A DNA stretch of 50,331 nt, taken from assembly GCF_000002865.3 (NCBI RefSeq), contig NW_001865084.1, positions 174,133 through 224,463 on the forward strand, read 5' to 3'. A program made the position numbers and the translations under genes. The stretch's first letter is position 1; each line of letters opens with the position of its first letter. The notes below the pieces were generated by a model. That model ran no database searches. It was not told the origin of the DNA and worked only from the letters and a program-made list of their open reading frames with translations. Source of the stretch: Monosiga brevicollis MX1 (lineage: Eukaryota). Below, piece after piece: positions 46,170 through 50,331 of this stretch.

Positions 46170-46747
46170 GCCGAGCCCGCTGTAACCCGTCTGTGTTCGT
46201 TTCTGTTTACATGCCCTTATCGATGGATATCTGTTGTGCCGTGTCGCCGCCATGCTTGAAGCGCTTTATACTTGGTGTAGTCTCGAGTCGTTCCGTTTTG
46301 CTGGACAAATTGAGTCATCAACATGCATGTTTGCTTTTTGCATACGAGATGCCTCGGACCGCATGCCCAAGCGAGGGTCGAAAGAGAGTCTGGTGAGGGG
46401 CCAATGGTGGATGATGCCAGCTGTGTGTAAAGGTAAGCGATGCTTCACAAGCACGCAGCAATAGTGCCGCGTTGAAAGACCAGCGGATGCTCGCACTCTG
46501 CCATATCTTTGCAAGATGATGGAGCAGATGAATCACTCTCAGCAGCTTTTTGCAGTCCTCACGACGTGAGCCCGACAGAACGACTTCATAGCTGCGTGTA
46601 CTGGTTGTCCCAAGACAAAACCCTGTGCAAATGAACAATGTCATTAAGTGTGGCTTTCGTTACACATTCACTTACTTTTTTATTTTTTTTTATTTTGACG
46701 TTCGAGTTGACTCGACCTTCGCTCTGAGCTGCTCGTGTTCACCCAAG

Positions 46748-49700
46748 ATGTCACTGGTACAGGAAATGCTGTGCTGACAGTGCGATCAGGCATTCCATAA
46801 CCGTGCCGCAAGAGATCAACATGTTGCTCTGGTGTGTTGGCTCATCTCGCTTCTCGATCGCTGTTCAAGAATGAAAGGGGAAGAAAACATTGTCCTTGAA
46901 CACGTCTCATCAGCCTCAAGGACGCACGCCTCGTCGTCCTTGTTTTCGTAGGTGCACCAGAAGAGCACGCGCATCACACTATATGGAACATCGCTGCTTC
47001 GATACCGAGAAGATGATGGCTGCTTTCATTGCCCCGTGGGAGGATGCCACTATCGCCATGGACTCTCAGCCAACCTAAAATCACACCTCCAGCATCTGCA
47101 TGAGAAACAGACGACACCCAGAGCAGCAATACCGGCGGCTGTGACTTGCGACCGGCTGCCTGCTCGCCAAAAACCTACTCGGACGCGCATGAAAAAACGT
47201 GTGGTCAAGCTTGATCAACAGCACGGCATAGCCGCGGCTCGAATCTTCATGGGCGAGATTGGTTGCCTTGTATCCCCTGTTTTTGAATCTCCAGTGTGCA
47301 CGCAGTGCGGCCATGTCCTGAGAGGCAGGGCGACGCACCATCTGTTCAAAAAACACCATGTTCGGTGCAGCCAGGAAGACATTGATGCAGCTATGGCACT
47401 CCTGCGCCCACTGCAGCCCGAAGAGCCGCTGCTTGACCTCGGAGTTGAATCTGGGCCCCATAAGCCTATTGAAGGCATTCCCGTTCTGGACGGCGTGGGT
47501 TGCCCCTTGTGTCAGGCTTGCTTCACCACAAAAGGCAGTCTGTGGCATCACATCGTAGCCGAGCATCCCGACGAATCAGAGGCCAAGCAGCCGCCTCGAC
47601 GCGTCAAGCTGCAAAAGCCGTTGCGCGGTGCCGGAGCCCGCTGTATCGAGGTCATTGTCGAAGATGGCCACGATGCCTCGGCAGCCGACGTCAGCGAAAA
47701 CGAGGAAGAGCTGGAGGAGCAGCAGCGGTTCAAGCAGCTGATCTCCAGCACCCAGGCCATGGCGTCAGAGGCCGAGGAGAAGCGCTGCCCGCACGGCGTT
47801 CACCAGATGCACCCGTTCTACGATAGTGTGGGCATGACGCTGATCCTGAGCGAGCTGACCCCAGAGCAAATTCTCAAGCTGGGCCACGACACCCCACCCG
47901 CACCACTCGTGTCAGGCATGCACGAGCTCTTGTGGGAGGCCCACGGACAATTGTCCCAGCACGGCCTGGCGGCTGCTTCCGTGGCGTCCTTGTTCGAAGA
48001 TGAAGAGTTGCAAGTTGAGCCACAAACTTTACCCCAAGTATCTCCTGGCACGATGAGCAGATACCTAAACATTGGAGCGCGGTTGGTGCATTTTATACTG
48101 CTACTGGACGCACTGCCAGCCCCCGAGCCATCCAGCTTTTTGAGCCAGGTGCTCGCCAGTCGTGGGGAGGCCATAACTACAGCTGCTTTGGCCGTGCAAG
48201 ACGCGCTGGATGCGGGACTGAGCGGGGAGGATCTTGTCGAGCCCTTGGCGGCACTGTGGCTGGCACTGGTGAATGCAGAGCTACATCTGTTTGACAACGA
48301 CAAGGTGCACTTTGTCAACGTGTTTTTGTTGTGCACGGCCGTGTCCAAGGGAAGCGGTGTCTTGCAAGACATCCGGCGCTGGACCACAACGCAGGCCGGT
48401 TTGATTTATATTTTCAAGCTGTTTTTGCTCCGGTTTGGCAAGGCACAGCGATGGGCCACTGCGGGTAAACTCAGGCCTTTTCTACAGTCTGGACGGCTGG
48501 TGCATTTTCTGAGCCAGCGCATGACGGCGGCTCGCTCTTCCAGCACGGCCGATGGGCAGGTTGGAGTGGATATTGACGTGCAAACGGACGGTGACATGAC
48601 GGACGAGGCGCTGCACACCATTGTTTGTCAGGGTACTGAACTCAACGTGAAAGAGATTGGGACCGCCCTGGTACAGATGCGCAACGATATGAAAGAAATT
48701 TTAGACACCCACCTCTTGCTGGGATCGGATCTGCGAGAGCGACATGCTCTCGAGTATGTCCGGCTACGGTCGAAGGAGGATCGGACCAACAGGGTCAAGA
48801 ATTGGTGGGTGGGCCATGACAGCCCAGCTGAGCGGGCCCTATTGGATCACATTGGCCAGACTCCGAGCTTGCGGCAAGAATTTATCTGCACGGAGCTTGG
48901 CCCAGAAGGAGCTGATGAAGAGCCGACCTTTCGAGAAGACCGCGTGCGGGAATGGCTTCTATTTGTGGGCAGGTTCAACCAGCTGGCGCTCACCTACACC
49001 CACATGGCTGGAGGTACGCTTGCGATCGAGCAAAGACTCTGTTTGAGAAGCTTGGCATGTTTATTGTACCACTCTTATCTGTTTGCATTGGCTTTGGCGT
49101 TTTGTTAGGTCTGCCACCTCAAGCAACCGTATATCAAGGGCTATCCTACAAAAATGGCGTGGGCCGGCAACGGGCCGTGTTTTTTGCTGGAAAGCAGCTC
49201 TCCATATTGACTCGTCTGGGTAAAACCCACGGGCTCTCTCTAGATGAGCAGCACGCCTTTCGGTACATGGACGAGGAAGTCAGCAAGCTGATTTTCATGT
49301 ATTTGCTCTTGTGCAAGCCTCTGGAGCAGATGCTAACCAGCTGGCTGGAGAAGCGGGGCGCTCTTCAAACCCCTCGCGATGGCGGGCGTGGAACCTACGA
49401 CAATGATCAGGAAGAGGAGGATTTATTGGAGGACGAGGGGGATGAAGACCACATGAGCCACGACGATGGCATGACCTTGCGACGCGAGGTACAGGACGCT
49501 CAACGCCACTACAACAACAGCCACTTGCTCTTCAACATTGCGCCTCTGCAGACCATGCTCAGCCCAGCCTCTATCTACGCTGCCTTTCGTCGACAAATGG
49601 CCACCTACCTGCATCAGCCTACGCTTGGAGTGGCAAAGTGGCGACACGCTGCTACCTTTTGGATGACAACATTTGTGACAAACCGGCTCTTTGCCGACCC

Positions 49701-50331
49701 CGCGAGCACTTTGGGTAGCCTGATGCGCACCCAGGCACAGCCCTTGGGCAACATGGCCAAAGACTTCTTTGCTACCGCAACAAGCTACCAATTGCAAGCC
49801 AAAATGTCATCACGTCTGATGCATCAGCTGGCCTCACAAAGCTGGCATGCCTTTTTGGGTCTTGACCGCAAGCGCAGCGTGGCCGAGCTCACAGCCGCCA
49901 AGGAAGCTTTGGAAGTTCGCCACCCCATAAGCTGGAGCGGGTCATCAAAGCTTGAAGTAGGCGGGCGCGTCATCATGGATACGCAAGCTGAGCATGATGT
50001 AGCCTACATGACCCAACTGGCCCAGCAGGCACGCATCTCGTGGGGCCACGGCTTTAAAAGCCAAGAACAATTGGACCTGGCAGCGGCCATTGACCAGCAT
50101 CGGGCCGAGGACGGCTGGCTGATTGTCGTTGCACCGTCAGGCATGGACAAGACGCTTTGTACCATGCCCAAACTGGGTTGTCACCCGCATGCCGGCACGG
50201 TGCTGTGGATTGTGCCTTTTGCGACCTCGGCAGACGATTTGTTGCGGCGTTTGCAGGCGGCTGGCCACAGTGCGCAAAGGTGGCTGGGCCCCTCGACGCC
50301 GGTAGCAGCTGGCCTGGACGTGCTTATCATC
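46748..50331 (+). CDS. Large C2H2/DUF3505(OrsD)-like zinc finger + tyrosine-recombinase-like + RecQ-like helicase fusion (telomere-linked-helicase-like), 3' truncated by the window; exons: putative 46748-46756, 46952-49013, 49109->50331
   Basis: CPVGGC...HLQHLH, CTQC...HLFKKHH, PIEGIPVLDGVGCPLC...HIVAEH; HMAGG|LPPQATV...KNGVGRQRAVF; LGVAKWRHAA; SQSWHAFLG; FKSQEQ...IVVAPSGMDKTL...VLWIVPF. Exon 49109-50331 was hand-translated, has no stops and is absent from the ORF track. The first micro-exon is tentative. Confidence 0.75.

Overview
Intron-rich eukaryotic genomic DNA with short GT-AG introns, microsatellites and three assembly gaps. Gene style suggests a unicellular holozoan such as a choanoflagellate (inference only). 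Most ORF-track entries are exon fragments or shadow ORFs, so gene models were rebuilt by hand from splice sites. The first ~38 kb holds mostly housekeeping or regulatory genes: OGDH, an F-box/RI-type LRR protein, DDX24/MAK5, a CaMKI-like kinase, a FUBP/KHSRP-like KH protein, a secreted TPR + PhyH-like dioxygenase, ABCF3/GCN20 and an intronless Maf-like bZIP. The last ~12 kb looks accessory. It holds a secreted GT-A glycosyltransferase, a head-to-head pair of secreted L-domain/LRR proteins around an odd repeat-rich spacer, and a zinc-finger/tyrosine-recombinase-like/RecQ-like fusion resembling fungal telomere-linked helicases, which runs off the window end. Top observations: (1) the minus-strand L-domain gene is built from eight consecutive 72-nt phase-0 exons, one 24-aa repeat each, and is largely invisible in the ORF track; (2) the recombinase-helicase fusion has an intact frame but degenerate catalytic motifs; (3) a candidate poison exon lies in the long intron of the KH gene.
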